Source of the DNA: Tubiluchus corallicola
Lineage: Eukaryota > Animalia > Priapulida
Assembly (NCBI GenBank): GCA_030141605.1
Contig: JAQGDQ010000504.1
Span: 96,832-160,831 of the forward strand
DNA length: 64,000 nt
Direction: 5' to 3'
A program made the position numbers and the translations under genes. Position 1 is the stretch's first letter; each line of letters begins with the position of its first letter. The notes beneath the pieces were generated by a model. The model did no database searches, was not told the DNA's origin, and saw only the letters and a list, made by a program, of their open reading frames with translations. Below are positions 39,008 to 52,300 of the stretch, in pieces.

Positions 39008-40891
39008 ATGTTGAACAATCTTAACTGCATCACCCTTGCGGTATTTCCGCTTGTGTTTCTGAGCAGTGTGAACGCTGTTACTTTCGACTGTGGCTCTCGT
39101 GACTCGTGTGAAGGCATCTCAGCAAACGACTACCTCGTCTTTACTCAGAGAAACTGTTTCTGTGATTCGGACTGCTACAAATATGGCGACTGTTGCGCAG
39201 ACGCAAACGCCACGCTGTTCCAAAGCCCGTCAGGGGCTCAAGGAGAAGACCATCTCGTTGACAACAATGAAGATGAATGGACGTGCGCTTTCGTAAACAC
39301 GGCCGGAGAAGGAACGTACGTTAAGAGGATTTGTCCATCTTACTGGAAATCGGAGGAAATCCGGTCCCTTTGCGAAAGCAATGGTGATTTGGAATCATCA
39401 GATCCAGCTGTAGTTCTACCAGTCACAAGCACTGACAGTCATGTCACTTACAGGAACATATACTGTGCTATTTGCCATTTAGACTACCACCATGCCCTCT
39501 ACTGGGCCCCGGAAGTGACGTGCACGTACAAGCCGGAAGCTCAAGGTTTCAAAACACTGAAACATGTCATAGAGAACAGTTACTACAATAAGAGATCTGG
39601 CAGGTGGTTTCTGAAGGGAAAAAGTAGTTCCTCCTGTCGAGTTACGATCACTCCGCCCGTGGCATCACGAAGGTGTAAACCACACATTGTGGAATGCGCG
39701 AGTGATTGGCCTGATGATGACGTCAGAAAACAATGTAGCGGTCACAATGCATACGTGTATAAAATTCGAAAACCTGGCGTGTATAAAAACATCCACTGTG
39801 CCCTCTGTAACCACGAAGATCTAAAGATGTTCTCTTGTCAAATAAGTTACAGACTGACAGCAGATGCAACATTCCAAATTTACGAAGATCTTTTGAGCCT
39901 GGCAATAGATTATCCCTTAGAATTTACACCACAATATGACAATATCAAGTTATCTGAGTGTAGACTGTCATACATCTCACGTGTGTATGACCCATTCAAA
40001 GACACGTGCAGAAGTCCATACTGTAAAGGACACGAAAATGATGACTGCATGTGGATTGCCATTGATGGAAAGCAAGAGACTGAAAATAAATATTCTAACG
40101 AATCAGATGTTGCTTACCTGAATAAAAATGTGACGAGTTCACCACGTTTTGCTGACGTCAGTGTGACGAAGTACTCAGATGATGTCAAAGCAACGAGTTT
40201 ACCACTTACTGATGATGTCACGATTACGATGTCATCAGTTCCGGATGATGATGTCAGTGTAACAAGCTCGCTGGTTTCTGATGACGTCAGTGTGACGAAG
40301 TTGCCAGATGATGTCAAAGCGACTAATTTACCACTTACTGATGACGTCACGATTACGATGTCATCAGTTCGGGATGATGATGTCAGTGTAATGAGCTCGC
40401 TGGTTTCTGATGACGTCAGTGACGCAAGTTCACCATTTGCTGAAGACATCAATAATATCAGCTTGCCAACTGCTGATGACGTCATGGTGACAAAGCCATC
40501 AACTGCTGCAGATGTCGTTACCGTAACGGGTTCGTTGGATGCTGCTGATGACGACAATGTAACAAAACTGCCAGATGATGATGACACAACTACTTTTGTC
40601 ACAAAACCAGCAGAGCTTGATAGCACGGATAAAAATTTATTAGAGGAAACATCTGATGAAGAAGATAATACTGACCATGATGATGATGATGATGATGCTG
40701 GTGATGACGATGACGACGACGACGATGATGACGACGATGACGACGACGGTGATGATGATGATGATGATGACGACGACGAAGACGACCATGATGACAGCGA
40801 TGATGATAATAAAGAATCCATGTACGCAACAGAGCCAATGAATGATGGCGTGAAACTTGACCTTGAAAACTCAACAGAACAGAGTCGTTAA
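39008..40891 (+). CDS. Secreted somatomedin-B-like and Cys-rich protein with Asp/Thr/Ser/Val-rich repeats and poly-Asp tail (627 aa, no intron in the CDS)
   Basis: Signal peptide (..LAVFPLVFLSSVNA). SMB-like SC..RNCFCDSDCYKYGDCCAD. Two repeats of the C...W.......C...(T/V)Y(R/K)NI.CA.C module known from invertebrate SMB/Methuselah-like GPCR ectodomains. DDV repeats and a D-run at 40678-40808. No TM segment. Confidence 0.88.
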   Translation: MLNNLNCITLAVFPLVFLSSVNAVTFDCGSRDSCEGISANDYLVFTQRNCFCDSDCYKYGDCCADANATLFQSPSGAQGEDHLVDNNEDEWTCAFVNTAGEGTYVKRICPSYWKSEEIRSLCESNGDLESSDPAVVLPVTSTDSHVTYRNIYCAICHLDYHHALYWAPEVTCTYKPEAQGFKTLKHVIENSYYNKRSGRWFLKGKSSSSCRVTITPPVASRRCKPHIVECASDWPDDDVRKQCSGHNAYVYKIRKPGVYKNIHCALCNHEDLKMFSCQISYRLTADATFQIYEDLLSLAIDYPLEFTPQYDNIKLSECRLSYISRVYDPFKDTCRSPYCKGHENDDCMWIAIDGKQETENKYSNESDVAYLNKNVTSSPRFADVSVTKYSDDVKATSLPLTDDVTITMSSVPDDDVSVTSSLVSDDVSVTKLPDDVKATNLPLTDDVTITMSSVRDDDVSVMSSLVSDDVSDASSPFAEDINNISLPTADDVMVTKPSTAADVVTVTGSLDAADDDNVTKLPDDDDTTTFVTKPAELDSTDKNLLEETSDEEDNTDHDDDDDDAGDDDDDDDDDDDDDDDGDDDDDDDDDEDDHDDSDDDNKESMYATEPMNDGVKLDLENSTEQSR

Positions 40892-41748
40892 TAAATGAGC
40901 TAGTCAACGGTAGCATGACGTCATCTCCAGATCATCAAATGTCACAGAATTTCCTGATGATGTCCTTGAGGAGCACCATGACATTGCAGACTACATCATG
41001 TATGCATCACATTACATTTTCAATGGTATTTATCACTCGTGGATTAGAAATCTTACAAAATGGCACAACACTAGCAAATGTTACACATTCTTGAACAAAT
41101 GACATCTGATGATTTCAATGTATCCTGTGCAGTAAGAACAGTAACTTTATGTGCTGCATTGTGTGTATACTAGTATGTTAGTAGTATGTATACTAGTACA
41201 GAGTATGTTACAGTTTTTAGCAGTTTTTAATATTAGTACAAAATTTTGAAACGTAATGTAATTCTATGAAATTGCTACTCGTGAAAATGCAAAAATAATG
41301 AGCTGAACAGGTGAAAGTGCATTGTACATTTTTACTCATAGGCAGCAGGTGAACCAACCTACAGGTAATGTTATGAGCTCCACTTTAATCTAGGAAGCCC
41401 ATAACATCACCTGGGATTGGTTGAGCAGTGGTTTCCTGTGGAAAAAACGAACACGTGACATCGTCGGTTGTCTGTTCATTGTGGTGGAATGCACTTCTCC
41501 TGTCTGCCTGCCGAGTGTCGTGGATTCTGTTAAGGTTTGAAGAATTGTCATCAGATTTTTCCATTTGTGTTGTCCTTCTCAGTCGTTCCCTTTGATTTCT
41601 TAGTTTTGGCTTTGTTGTTTCTTTTTTTACAATTTCTGGAGTGTCCTTTGTGCTAAAGCCATTGTTCTGACGTCACCCATTATACGCTGCCTATAACCTT
41701 ATAACTTTAATTCAGTAAAAGCTGCTGGCTATGCGCTAGGTAAATATA

Positions 41749-42559
41749 GGGTTTACATGTCAAATGTAGACCGACGTTAGCTCAAATGTAGATTTACGTA
41801 ATTCAAATGTGTCTTGGTAACTCAAATGTAGACTTAGGTAGTTCAAATGTGTTAACAATGGTTTTCAACAAATCTTAAGCGTTTTTGGTAAGTCAAATAT
41901 AGACACATGTCAAGTCAAATGTGACATTGGTATCTCAAATGTGAATAGGTGTGAAAATAATAACTTTATACGTCTACTAATAGTTCACTAATATTCTGCA
42001 AACTTTACATACCATTGGAACTGTTAGAGAAAACAATACATTCTTAAAATAAACAATGTTTCTTGGGAGAAACTAATTCATTAATGCAGTGCTAATGCAT
42101 TACTTAAAAAACTAATTAGTGATTCACTGTTCATTGGGAAGTGATGCTGCCGATAGCACCATGACCATAAAATATAATTTTAATTTCGTTTTATCTTTTC
42201 GTAATTTGCACTTAAATGAGTTAATTATCGATTTATTCAAAGTACCGCATCTACATTTGACTTACCTAAGTCACATTTGAGTTACCAAAACACGTTTGAA
42301 ATTCCTAAGTCTACATTTGACTTACCTAAGTCACATTTGAACTTTCCTGTGTCTACATTTGACTTACCTAAGTCACATTTGAGTTACCAAAACACATTCG
42401 AAATTCCTATGTCTACCTTTGACTTACCTAAGTCACATTTGAACTTTCCTATGTCTACCTTTGACTTACCTAAGTCACATTTGAACTTTCCTGTGTCTAC
42501 ATTTGACTTACCTAAGTCACATTTGAACTTTCCTGTGTCTACATTTGACGTGTAAAACC
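41749..42559. mobile_element. Foldback-like non-autonomous DNA transposon with modular subterminal repeats
   Basis: tata|GGGTTTACATGTCAAATGTAGAC...GTCTACATTTGACGTGTAAAACC|tata. CAAATGT(A/G) motifs on the left are mirrored by tandem (T/C)ACATTTGA units at 42250-42550. Confidence 0.78.
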
Positions 42560-42819
42560 TATAAAAGAACACGAGGTAGAATAAATTATTTTAGCATTTA
42601 TTGAGACAGTAATTATAACACTAATTACTGATATGTTTATTATTATTTTTTACTTTACAGCTTGAACTAGTTTATATCATAATTCTTATCATGTGTTGTT
42701 TTTGTTTTACCGTATAAAAGTTAGGAATAAGTGATAAAATAAAATATTAACAGGAAGATTGCATTTTGATATTCGAATATAGAGATTTAAAATGTTTGAA
42801 TGTTTAGTGTACTACTACG

Positions 42820-43730
42820 TTATGTACTAATGTACTAATGCCAAATGTACAAATGTACTAATGCCTTATCTGCTAATGTACTAACGCCTAGTGTACTAAT
42901 GTGCTAATGCCAAAATGTACAAATTTTACAAATTTTCTAATGCCAAATGTACTAATGCCTTATCTACTAATGTACTAATGCCTTGTGTACTAATGTGCTA
43001 ATGCCAAATGTACAAATGCACTAATGCCTTATCTACTAATGTACTATTGCCTTGTGTACTAGTGTGGTAATACCAAATGCACAAATGTACTAATGCTTTG
43101 TGTACTAGTGTACTAATGCCAAATGTACAATTGTACTAATGTTTTTCTACTAATGACTAATGCTTTGTGTACTAATGTGCTAATGCCAAATGCACAAATG
43201 TACTAATGCCTTATCTACTAATGTACTAATGCCTTGTGTACTAGTGTGCTAATGTCTTATGTACTAGTGTACTAGTACCAAATGTACGAGCGTGCTAATG
43301 CCTTATCTACTATTGTACTAATACATTGTGTACTAGTGTACTAATGCCAAATGTACAAGCGTACTAATGCCTTATCTACTAATGTATTAATGCCTAGTGT
43401 ACTAGTGTACTAATGCCAAATGTACAAATTCACTAATGCCATATGTACTAGTGCACTAATGCCAAATGTACTAATGCAATATGTACTAGTGCACTAATGC
43501 CAAATGTACTAATGCCTTATCTACTAATGTACCAATGCCTTGTGTACTTATGTGCTAATGCCAAATGCACAAGTGTACTAATGCCTTATCTACTAATGTA
43601 CTAATGCCTTGTGTACGAGTGTGCTAATGCCTTATGTACTAGTGTACTAGTGACAAATTTACAAGCGTACTAATGCCTTATCTACTAATGTACTAATGAC
43701 TTATGTACTACTGTACAAATGCACTAATGT
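42820..43730. repeat. Compound minisatellite of ATGTACTAATGCC-type units
   Basis: ~900 nt of recurring tgtactaatgcc, aaatgtac and ttatctacta motifs. Confidence 0.92.
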
Positions 43731-44135
43731 TGGTTTTTTGGTGGCTGACTTCACAACCTATGTTCCTATTAATACTATTTTTACAAACTGCTTGTAACAA
43801 AATACGTTAGGGAATAAATAAATCTTGAATTTGAATCGTTGCATGGCAATTTCGTAGTACTGAGTTTGGTTCTTCGTGATTTGTGCAGTCACTGCAGAAA
43901 AGGAAAACAAACCCACGACCACGTTCATTGTAGTTTCATACACTTAGAAATATTGAAATTACCACGCATGATGTACACGCACTAAATGCCTTTCTCATCA
44001 AACTAACAAAAATCTAATTCTTTGCGGGATTAAACTGAAAGATAATACAGTAAAAGCTTATTACAATGTGAACCTGGCTTAACGGCAACGTTTCTGGCAA
44101 AACGTCTGAAATTTGCATAGACACGTATATATTAA

Positions 44136-44676
44136 AGGAAGACCCGACGATTGTTTAGACTCAATCTCGTTTTATTTTACTGTCCAAAATATACATTTTC
44201 TTGCCTATAAAAGTTAACAGTTGTTTCTTATATTTGAATAATTAGCTTAGAAAGTTAATTAACGACAACCGAACACTGGTATTGCTTACGTCAGAAACTA
44301 ACCACAGTTTGTGCAATGGCAGGCATCTTCCCTTGCGCATCAAGCACATTTGCATAAGTATTACAGTACTGCTTAAACGCACGATGACACGAAAATTGGT
44401 TTTACATCATATGATGTCAGAAACTAACACAGTAGTTCATGGTCAAGGTTATCATGGTACCACCTTCTTTTGTCGGCCACGCGAATGTGACGAAAACGCA
44501 CCGCTGCCAATCTTAGTAGATTCACTGAGCCGCGCGTAACTTTGAAAGTTTAACGAAATTTGAGTATCCGAGGTAATTGCTATTTCATCTAAGCTTTGAT
44601 TTAAAAAAAGCTACAATAGTTTTCAATATTTTAGAGCATTTCTGAACTCGTGTTTACACAATCATCCGGTTTTCCT
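44136..44676. mobile_element. Kolobok-like MITE, copy 1
   Basis: ttaa|AGGAAGACCCGACGATTGT...ACAATCATCCGGTTTTCCT|ttaa: RR/YY termini and TTAA TSD. Confidence 0.82.
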
Positions 44677-44779
44677 TTAAACCGCCCACTGAGCGAACCA
44701 CGCTGTGGGCCATGTTTGAAAAAAATGACGTCAGCTGGACAACTTGAAAGTACGCGTAGCAAAACTTCTGCACTTCACT

Positions 44780-45288
44780 CAGAAATTCTGCTACTCTAAC
44801 CAAAGACGCTTTCTGTACCTCGTACATCATTCTCGCTCACTCTCGCCAAAGACGTGAAACATGGCGACCTTTACGACAATGCAGTGAGTAAAATAAATCG
44901 TTGTATTGGTTGTGTAAAGCTGATTATTGGTGCTTTAGGGATGGCAAAACTATGAAGAGTCAGATTATAAAACTACACGTTTATTGAACATCAAACACAA
45001 TAAATATAACAGATAGTGATGCCAAGCCCCCTGACCTAGCCTGCTCTCCTTCAGCTCCCAGACTCAATCTCCTCAGCTGGGCGCATCACAGGGCTTATAT
45101 GTCGTGCGCCGAGCTTCGACGCCTACGCTTCGGTTCTGAATCACTTGATCACATGACACCACTCCTTAACTGGGCTTCATGCCAGCATTCATCAACATAA
45201 TTATCTATCATAATCTAACGCTTTTAACATAGTTTAACAGGTCCTCTTTTACTCAGTGAATGCATGCGTCGGAACTCGCCTGAAAACG
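44780..45288 (+). other. Candidate 5' UTR exons of the EGF gene (ending at 44883; and 45241/45257-45288)
   Basis: Strong donors ca|gtgagt (44884) and cg|gtaagt (45289) with pyrimidine-rich acceptors. A TGACGTCA (CRE) site lies upstream at ~44726. Confidence 0.4.
44911..45229 (-). mobile_element. Solo LTR (Gypsy-like), ~320 bp
   Basis: On the minus strand it reads TGTTAAAAG...CTTTACACA, with TATAAG and AATAAA in LTR order. Near-TSD tggt/tagt (4 bp). Confidence 0.68.
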
Positions 45289-46115
45289 GTAAGTTGTTTA
45301 ATATCTAATAAGTTTATTTCGTTTAGTAATAACTATGAGTTCTTTGTGTAATCATGAAAATGCGTTAAAAAACTTCACGGTTTGTTGGAGTTACATTGGC
45401 GTTTAGACAGGCAGCTGGTGTAGAAGCTTCTATGTAATAATTATTATACTTGTTTGTTGTTACGGCTTCTAATGTGTCTTCACAAACTACCTGTGGTGTG
45501 TTATATAAAATATCCGCTTCATATGGAAGTGAAAAGTACCGTCATTTTGCGAGGAGAAGAAGAATTTTTTTAAAGCTGCACCCCTAAAATCTGACGTCTT
45601 TGGAAATATAGCGTCCTGGGCTAGAGCCTAGTTAGCTTTATTGATAAGTATTCATATACCAACCGCGAGGAAGACATGACCTCCGTGGTGAAGGTAATTA
45701 AATACCTCACTTGTACAACATTAATCTTCATTTCGACAAAAGTCTTTGTCAGATGACACGTTCCATCCAAAAAGCAGATTTTCCGGACAGTGTGCTGCTT
45801 AACTGTCTTACCTGACCACAGGTACACGTCTCACCTGGTCGTCTCTCCATTTGCAAGCTGTTTAGTGTCATAACAAGTCATAACAAAAGCTGTTTTTATT
45901 GATTATTGATAATCGTCTATTGTGTTATCAATAAACGAGTTTGTATGAAGACCGTCTTCAATGCTGCTGCTTAGGCAACAATTGTTTGAACACAGCAAGG
46001 CTTCAGTACATGTTTACTAGTACAGGCATTAGTGCATCACATAGACTGTTGTAGAAAGTGTGCTAGGATGTTATGAATTCCTCGTTTTATTAGCCATCTA
46101 TTAAGAAAATTGACC

Positions 46116-46309
46116 ATGGCTAGCTGGACGGTACGTGTTACAGTTTTTCATTAAGTGGCGTTTATGTGACCAAACTTTACCTACTTGTTAGATGATGACA
46201 AATTAAAATTACTTTTAGGCTCAAGCGATTCAGAAATTTTCCAAATTGATTTTAATTTTGTTTTAAAATGTTTCAGTTCCGGAATATAATTATAAATTGA
46301 AAATAAACG

Positions 46310-46357
<48 letters not shown>

Positions 46358-49300
46358 GTATGTATTTGGTAAAAGATGAAGTGATATTATATATATATAT
46401 ATATATATGTATATATAATACGTAACATTTGTTTTTAATCCTTACTCATAATAAAGGTTACTTGAATTGTTGAATTTCCTGGTAAAAATGCATCTTCTTA
46501 TCAAAAAGCAAATCGTCTCTTTCCAAATGCTACCAGCACCATTTTTTAATTTCATTGACAGTATTAATTTATCCTTAAAGGATTGTTGCTAAGTAACCCG
46601 ACGGTCTTTCATCACTTCGAATCTTTCTGTTAACAATTTTAACATTGTCATTGACGTAATTGGTTCTCTCCAAATCGTATTATTGTATAAAGCTTGTTGT
46701 ATATAGTATGTAATTCATGTTTGGGTGCATTTTATTAGGAGCTTTTTAATGAGAGATATTCAATTTTAGGGTTTTGTTTTCAGAGATTTCATTTTTGTGC
46801 ATCATTTATGTTTTATAGTATCAGTAAGTGCGCATGCGCCTGCTGATTCTATCCTTTATACAATTTAATATATTGAACTGCTGTCCGCTTTTAACGGAGG
46901 CAGGACGGATGGCACCACGGCCCACACCGTGCGGCATGCCCCAATTAAATCATTCAACGCCTTAACCAAAACAAAACCCGAACAATAGAGTCGAAATGAC
47001 AATTTATTACTAAATATCACACCCCCAAGGAACAAACAGCTTACCTAAAAGAATGGAGTTTGTGGCAAAGCCTGTGAAATGTAAACAGAGCTGCAATGAA
47101 AGGTACGACCACTGACAAGGGTCTACAGCAGACCTTCCATTTTTATAAGCTCATGTGTGCACGTGACTAGTAGCTTTTACTAACACAAGGTCAGAATAGA
47201 CAGAATAGTCAAGAGTCTGTGCTAGATAAAGCTACGTTCACATGCACACCTGATAAGTCTACTGTATTCCCCTGCCAGCATTACACTTCATCTCATCACA
47301 GCCCTGCAGTACAATATGTATAAATGTCAATAATAATTAAAGGAAAACCAGACGATTGTTTAGACTCAACCTCACTTAAATTTGTTGTCCAAAATATACA
47401 TTTTCTTGCCTATAAAGGTTAGCAGTTGTTTCTTATGTTTGAATAATTAGTTTAGAAAGTTAATTAACAGTAACCGAACACAGTTATAGCTTACGTCAGA
47501 AACTAACCACAGTTTGTGCAATGATGGGCGTCTTCCCTTGCGCGTCAAACACGTTTGTGTAAGTGTTACTGTTTAAATGTGTGATGTCATGAAAATGGGC
47601 TTTACGTCATATGACGTCGGAAACTAACACTGCCGTTCATGATTATGTTTATCACAGTACCGCCTTCTATTTGTCGGCCACGCGAATGTGACAAAAAGGC
47701 GCAGCTGCCAATCTTAGATTAAATAATAATTACCTCGGATACCAAAATTTCGTTAAGCTTTCAAAGCTACGCGCGGCTCAGTGAATCCACTAAAATTGGC
47801 AGCTGCGCCTTTTTGTCACATTCGCGTGGCAGAAAAATTAGAAGCTCTGATTAAAAAAATTATTGTAGTTTTCACTATATTAGAGCACTCTTCATTCTGA
47901 ACTAATGTTGGATTGTATGAAACAAATGCATTTGAATTGAATTGTATTTCTGCGGCACGCTTAGGCAATTATTTTAATGGCTTACTGTCTATTGCCAAAC
48001 TATTCTCCTTTCGTGCATCAGTAACAGACGCCTATTAATCGTCCGAAAAACTCGTTCAGTTAACGTACTGGCATACTTTCAACTTAAGCCAGTCTACTCC
48101 AATTTATATTCACTCACTATTCCTACAACTTTTCATTCAATTATATTTGGTACGCATGCGTATTATGCCATACGCACAATTGTAATCGAACTAACAGTAC
48201 ACGTTTTTGGCCAATGGCGTATGTGGCTTTATATAGTTTCTATACTATGAGAATTAAACTACTATGTTTTTTTCTGCTGGCACGCTGTGTGAAAAATTTG
48301 TGATACATTTCCTAGGATTTACCACTCTGCCTTTGGCCTAAGTAGTAAAAGGTTTTTCCTCTTTTTCTTGCAGGATTTTAAAATTCTTGACGCCATTTTG
48401 CTTTTTGTCATCATTGCAGAAGTGACTTACAGAACTGTTAAAGGTAAATTACAACGTCTTTATGACAAAGTATGAGTATAAAAGTTTTTGGCTAAATTAA
48501 AAAGTTACACTTGTTGTGCTTCATGTGGAACTTTTTAATTTAGCTAAAAACAACTAGTACAGAGTAGTATGCACATAAAGTTGTAATTCTCTAGTCTTAT
48601 GAAGACAGAACAATTAGAAAAAGAAGAAAGAAACTAACAGAGGGCGCATCACTGTGCTGAGTTGATGTTATGATGTGTTATATCATGTCATGTTGAAATA
48701 TGCAATTGTTTTCGGTGTTTATTGTGGTCGGATGGACAGCTACACATTGTGTACGCTCATCCCTGCTCCGGATTGTAGATACGTTTGATGATTTCATGTC
48801 GTGTGTTTAGTTTGGTCAGGTCCATTGCCTTTCAGCATCATATCACTTAATCTAATGTGTGCCTCTTTCACAATACTAGCTGTCATCCATCATGATAGCC
48901 ACAGCGAGTTATGATGCTTGTAATTCTTTAATAAAGAATCTACAGTAAATAAATTTTGTCCTTTTTCTTTTAACAACAAGGATTTTTACATGCTAATATT
49001 TTCTTGTGTTTATGACCGGAATTTTAGGAGAAATTTGTGAGTTTAACTGTTTAAATGGCGGTTCCTGTATCACCGATGATGGACGTCCGTATTGTTTATG
49101 TACAGATCAAGCTACCGGACTTTACTGTGAAACACGTAAGTTGATAAGTACAGCTAGTTACAGTCCTGAAATTCAAATCTGTTATGACAATGATAATTGC
49201 CAATGATCCACATACGCAATGGTTTTGTCATACGTATTGAAGTCGTGCGTGAATTCAAAAACTTTAGGTGCGTCGCTGTCCGAGAGTTTTTGCTCGGCGG

Positions 49301-52300
49301 GAGGAGGAGATGTGGCGCACGCGGTAGGCGATGGTACACGTGTTTGTTGTAAGTATTCAGTAAAGCAATTTATTATTACGTATATTGCTTCCTTTTAATA
49401 ATATCCAGAAAGATGTTTCGAAACTGTTTGCTCCTTATTGAAGCACCAACATCCGTTCCATTTTTGGCAATTGGAAGTTGAAACACATTACTGCTGTACA
49501 CACAGCACAGCACGTTGGACACTGGTAGTACTTTTGCATTGTGCAGGTTTCAATACTTCGTATATTAGACACAGTATTTGTAATGCGATATTTTGAACAG
49601 TGCTTATAATGCGCTGCAATTATATAATATGCTGCGTTTTGGCAGTACCACTGTTCCCGTTCATCATGGCTTTACCATTAGAATTAGTTTAAGTTTAAAA
49701 TTATCAGCCAAAATTTCATCTGTTTCAACAGTTTTCTTTTTACACTATTTGGGCTCATTTTCTGCTGTGATAATGTTGTGATGGACCAAAAATAATTTCG
49801 CCAGATGTTTCGCATATTATTAAATATTAGTTTTTGTTACAGCTTGTTAAATCTCTGAATTCAGAAACTGCGATAATATTGATTAAAGGAAAACAGGAAC
49901 CATTTTGCACTGTGGTAAAAAGTATACAGTTTAACACCTATAATAATGGCATGGCACTTAAACGAATTCGAACTTCTACAATTTACCTAATGTTCATGTA
50001 AAAATAATACAAATACGTTAAGTAATTTTTTGTAAAAATTTATGACGGAACTTGACTGTGCGCTGCTTTTCCTCAGTCGATAAATGACATCATTGGTGGA
50101 AGAATAGGCATTCAAAATGTGTGAACTCGTCACTCGAGCGTGAACTCTTCACAATTTTTGGGTGAACTCGTCACTCAAGAGTGAACTCCTCACAATTTTT
50201 GAGTGAACTCTTCACAATTTTCGAGTGAACTCGTCACTCAAGAGTGAACTCTTCACAATTTTTGAGTGAACTCATCACTCAAGAGTGAACTCTTCACAAT
50301 TTTAAAGTAATTATACTAATTAAACGAGACACCTGCACACTTTTTTACTAAATCCTTCTAACATTCTTCACAAACATCGTAACAAGCCTGATTTCCTTGC
50401 CCTTTCCTTTAAAATGCTAGAAAAGCCTGCAACCGTTACTTGTACCTGCTGTACCGAAGCATTACGAAACTTCTCATGCCACAAATTGAACTTCTCAGCA
50501 AGCGTTCAACCATGATGCTTGAAAACAAAACAGAAGCGATTAATTTAATTTAACTTTAGTTTTATCACAACCGCAATTATTACTAAATCCCAATTAACAT
50601 TTTTCGTGAGCATTCAAATGGGCGCAACTTCCCAGAAAGCTTGATCTTTCCTTTAATTATTGATTTTTTTCAGTGTTGTGTGGAGACAGCTACTGTAGAG
50701 CAGGCATATGTGACTCCTCGAGTCAAAATCCTTTTTGCGCTTGTCAACCGGACTATTTTGGAGACTGGTGTGAAATACGTAAGTTATATACCACCTTTAC
50801 ACTCGCGAGAGTTTTACAGGAATTTTTTGTCATCTGTGGTCATGATGCTGTGTAAATTTTGGTGTTAATGCAAACTGTCAGGAGTACAACAAAGCTGCAA
50901 GATTTCCCAACTCCTTCAGCACCGCATCATTCAAAATAGCTCTTATTAGACCTAAGACTTTTTTGCTACTGTATGAGCACAGACATGACTAAATGATTGC
51001 AAATTAGGTACTGTTCTAGTCAGGAGAATATCAGCTATCCCATCATGCTATTTATTTAAACATATGTAAGTTATTTAACTGGATAAAATTAAGAAAAGCA
51101 TGCCCTTTTCAAGTACTACAAGTTAGACTATTGAGTAGCTTAGTCTGGTGTACACTTGCGTGATCGTACACTAATTTATTGATTGTTCGCTACACCCAAG
51201 TGCCTGGTGTTCCACTGGAATCCATGAAAAAACAACCAATCAGGCAAGGACAAACTAAGGTCGTCTCATCTTGTAACAGGAATTTCTCCTTAAAAATAGA
51301 GTAGACTTGAGACCAATTTCACACAAGTGATACTGTACATTGTTACAGTGCAAATACTGCAGTTACTGAAACCTTTTCAATTTTTTCCATCGAAAATCGA
51401 TTTTCCCAAAGCTGCTTCTATGTGGAACTGTCTACCTACATCTTACTTTCCTCTGAGAAGAAGCATAGAAAAAGGCTTCCTGGCAATTACTGCAAACGGA
51501 AACATCCATTTTGTTCAATCCACTATTTGGTTTCCCAGATAAACCGTAAAACCGCATGATGTCCTGTAGCAATAACATTTTATAAACAGGTTATTAAATT
51601 GAATCGTTATAATATTGGTAACACTGTGCCTATTTCTTGTAGCTTGTACTGAGGTTTGCTTACACGGAGGCACATGTGGAGATGAGGTGGAGTTAGCGGA
51701 TGTGGAGTGCACATGCGCAGAAGGTTATTATGGATTAAGATGCGAGAAAGGTAGGTCAACAGCTCTGTAACAGAGTAGTTTACTTAAAAGTTATAAATGT
51801 TACAGGTCAGTACAGTATTAATGAATTTCTTCTGGTAACTGAAACCTTATTCTTGATACTTCTATATTGTAATTAAAATAGCTATGGTGAAAGGGGGACG
51901 AAAATGGGAATTATCCCAAAAAACTTGTCATACAAAGTTTTATTATTTGGAATTGAAAAAGAACATCCCTAATACAGTACCTTTGTTTTCAACCATAATC
52001 CGTTCCTAAAAACTGTTTGGAAACCGATTTGGTTGAGAACCGAATCATTTATTCTCATAACAAATAATGTAAAAGCAAATAATCTGTTCTCAAGCATCAA
52101 ATGAACTGTAAAGTATTACGAAAATGAAATATAATAATGCAAAAATGTTTATGTAAAAGCAAATAATCTGTTCTCAAGCATCAAATGAACTGTAAAGTAT
52201 TACGAAAATGAAATATAATAATGCAAAAATGTTTATGTAAAAGCAAATAATCTGTTCTCAAGCATCAAATGAACTGTAAAGTATTACGAAAATGAAATAT

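Noticed and set aside
40114-40916. Antisense Ser-rich and His-rich ORFs
   Set aside because: Shadows of the GAT/GAC-rich sense CDS.
44861-44883. ATG at 44861 as the EGF gene start
   Set aside because: The phase-2 donor hits a stop when joined to 48374 and needs a doubtful 40-nt exon (46784-46823). ATG 46116 has a better Kozak context and gives a clean signal peptide.
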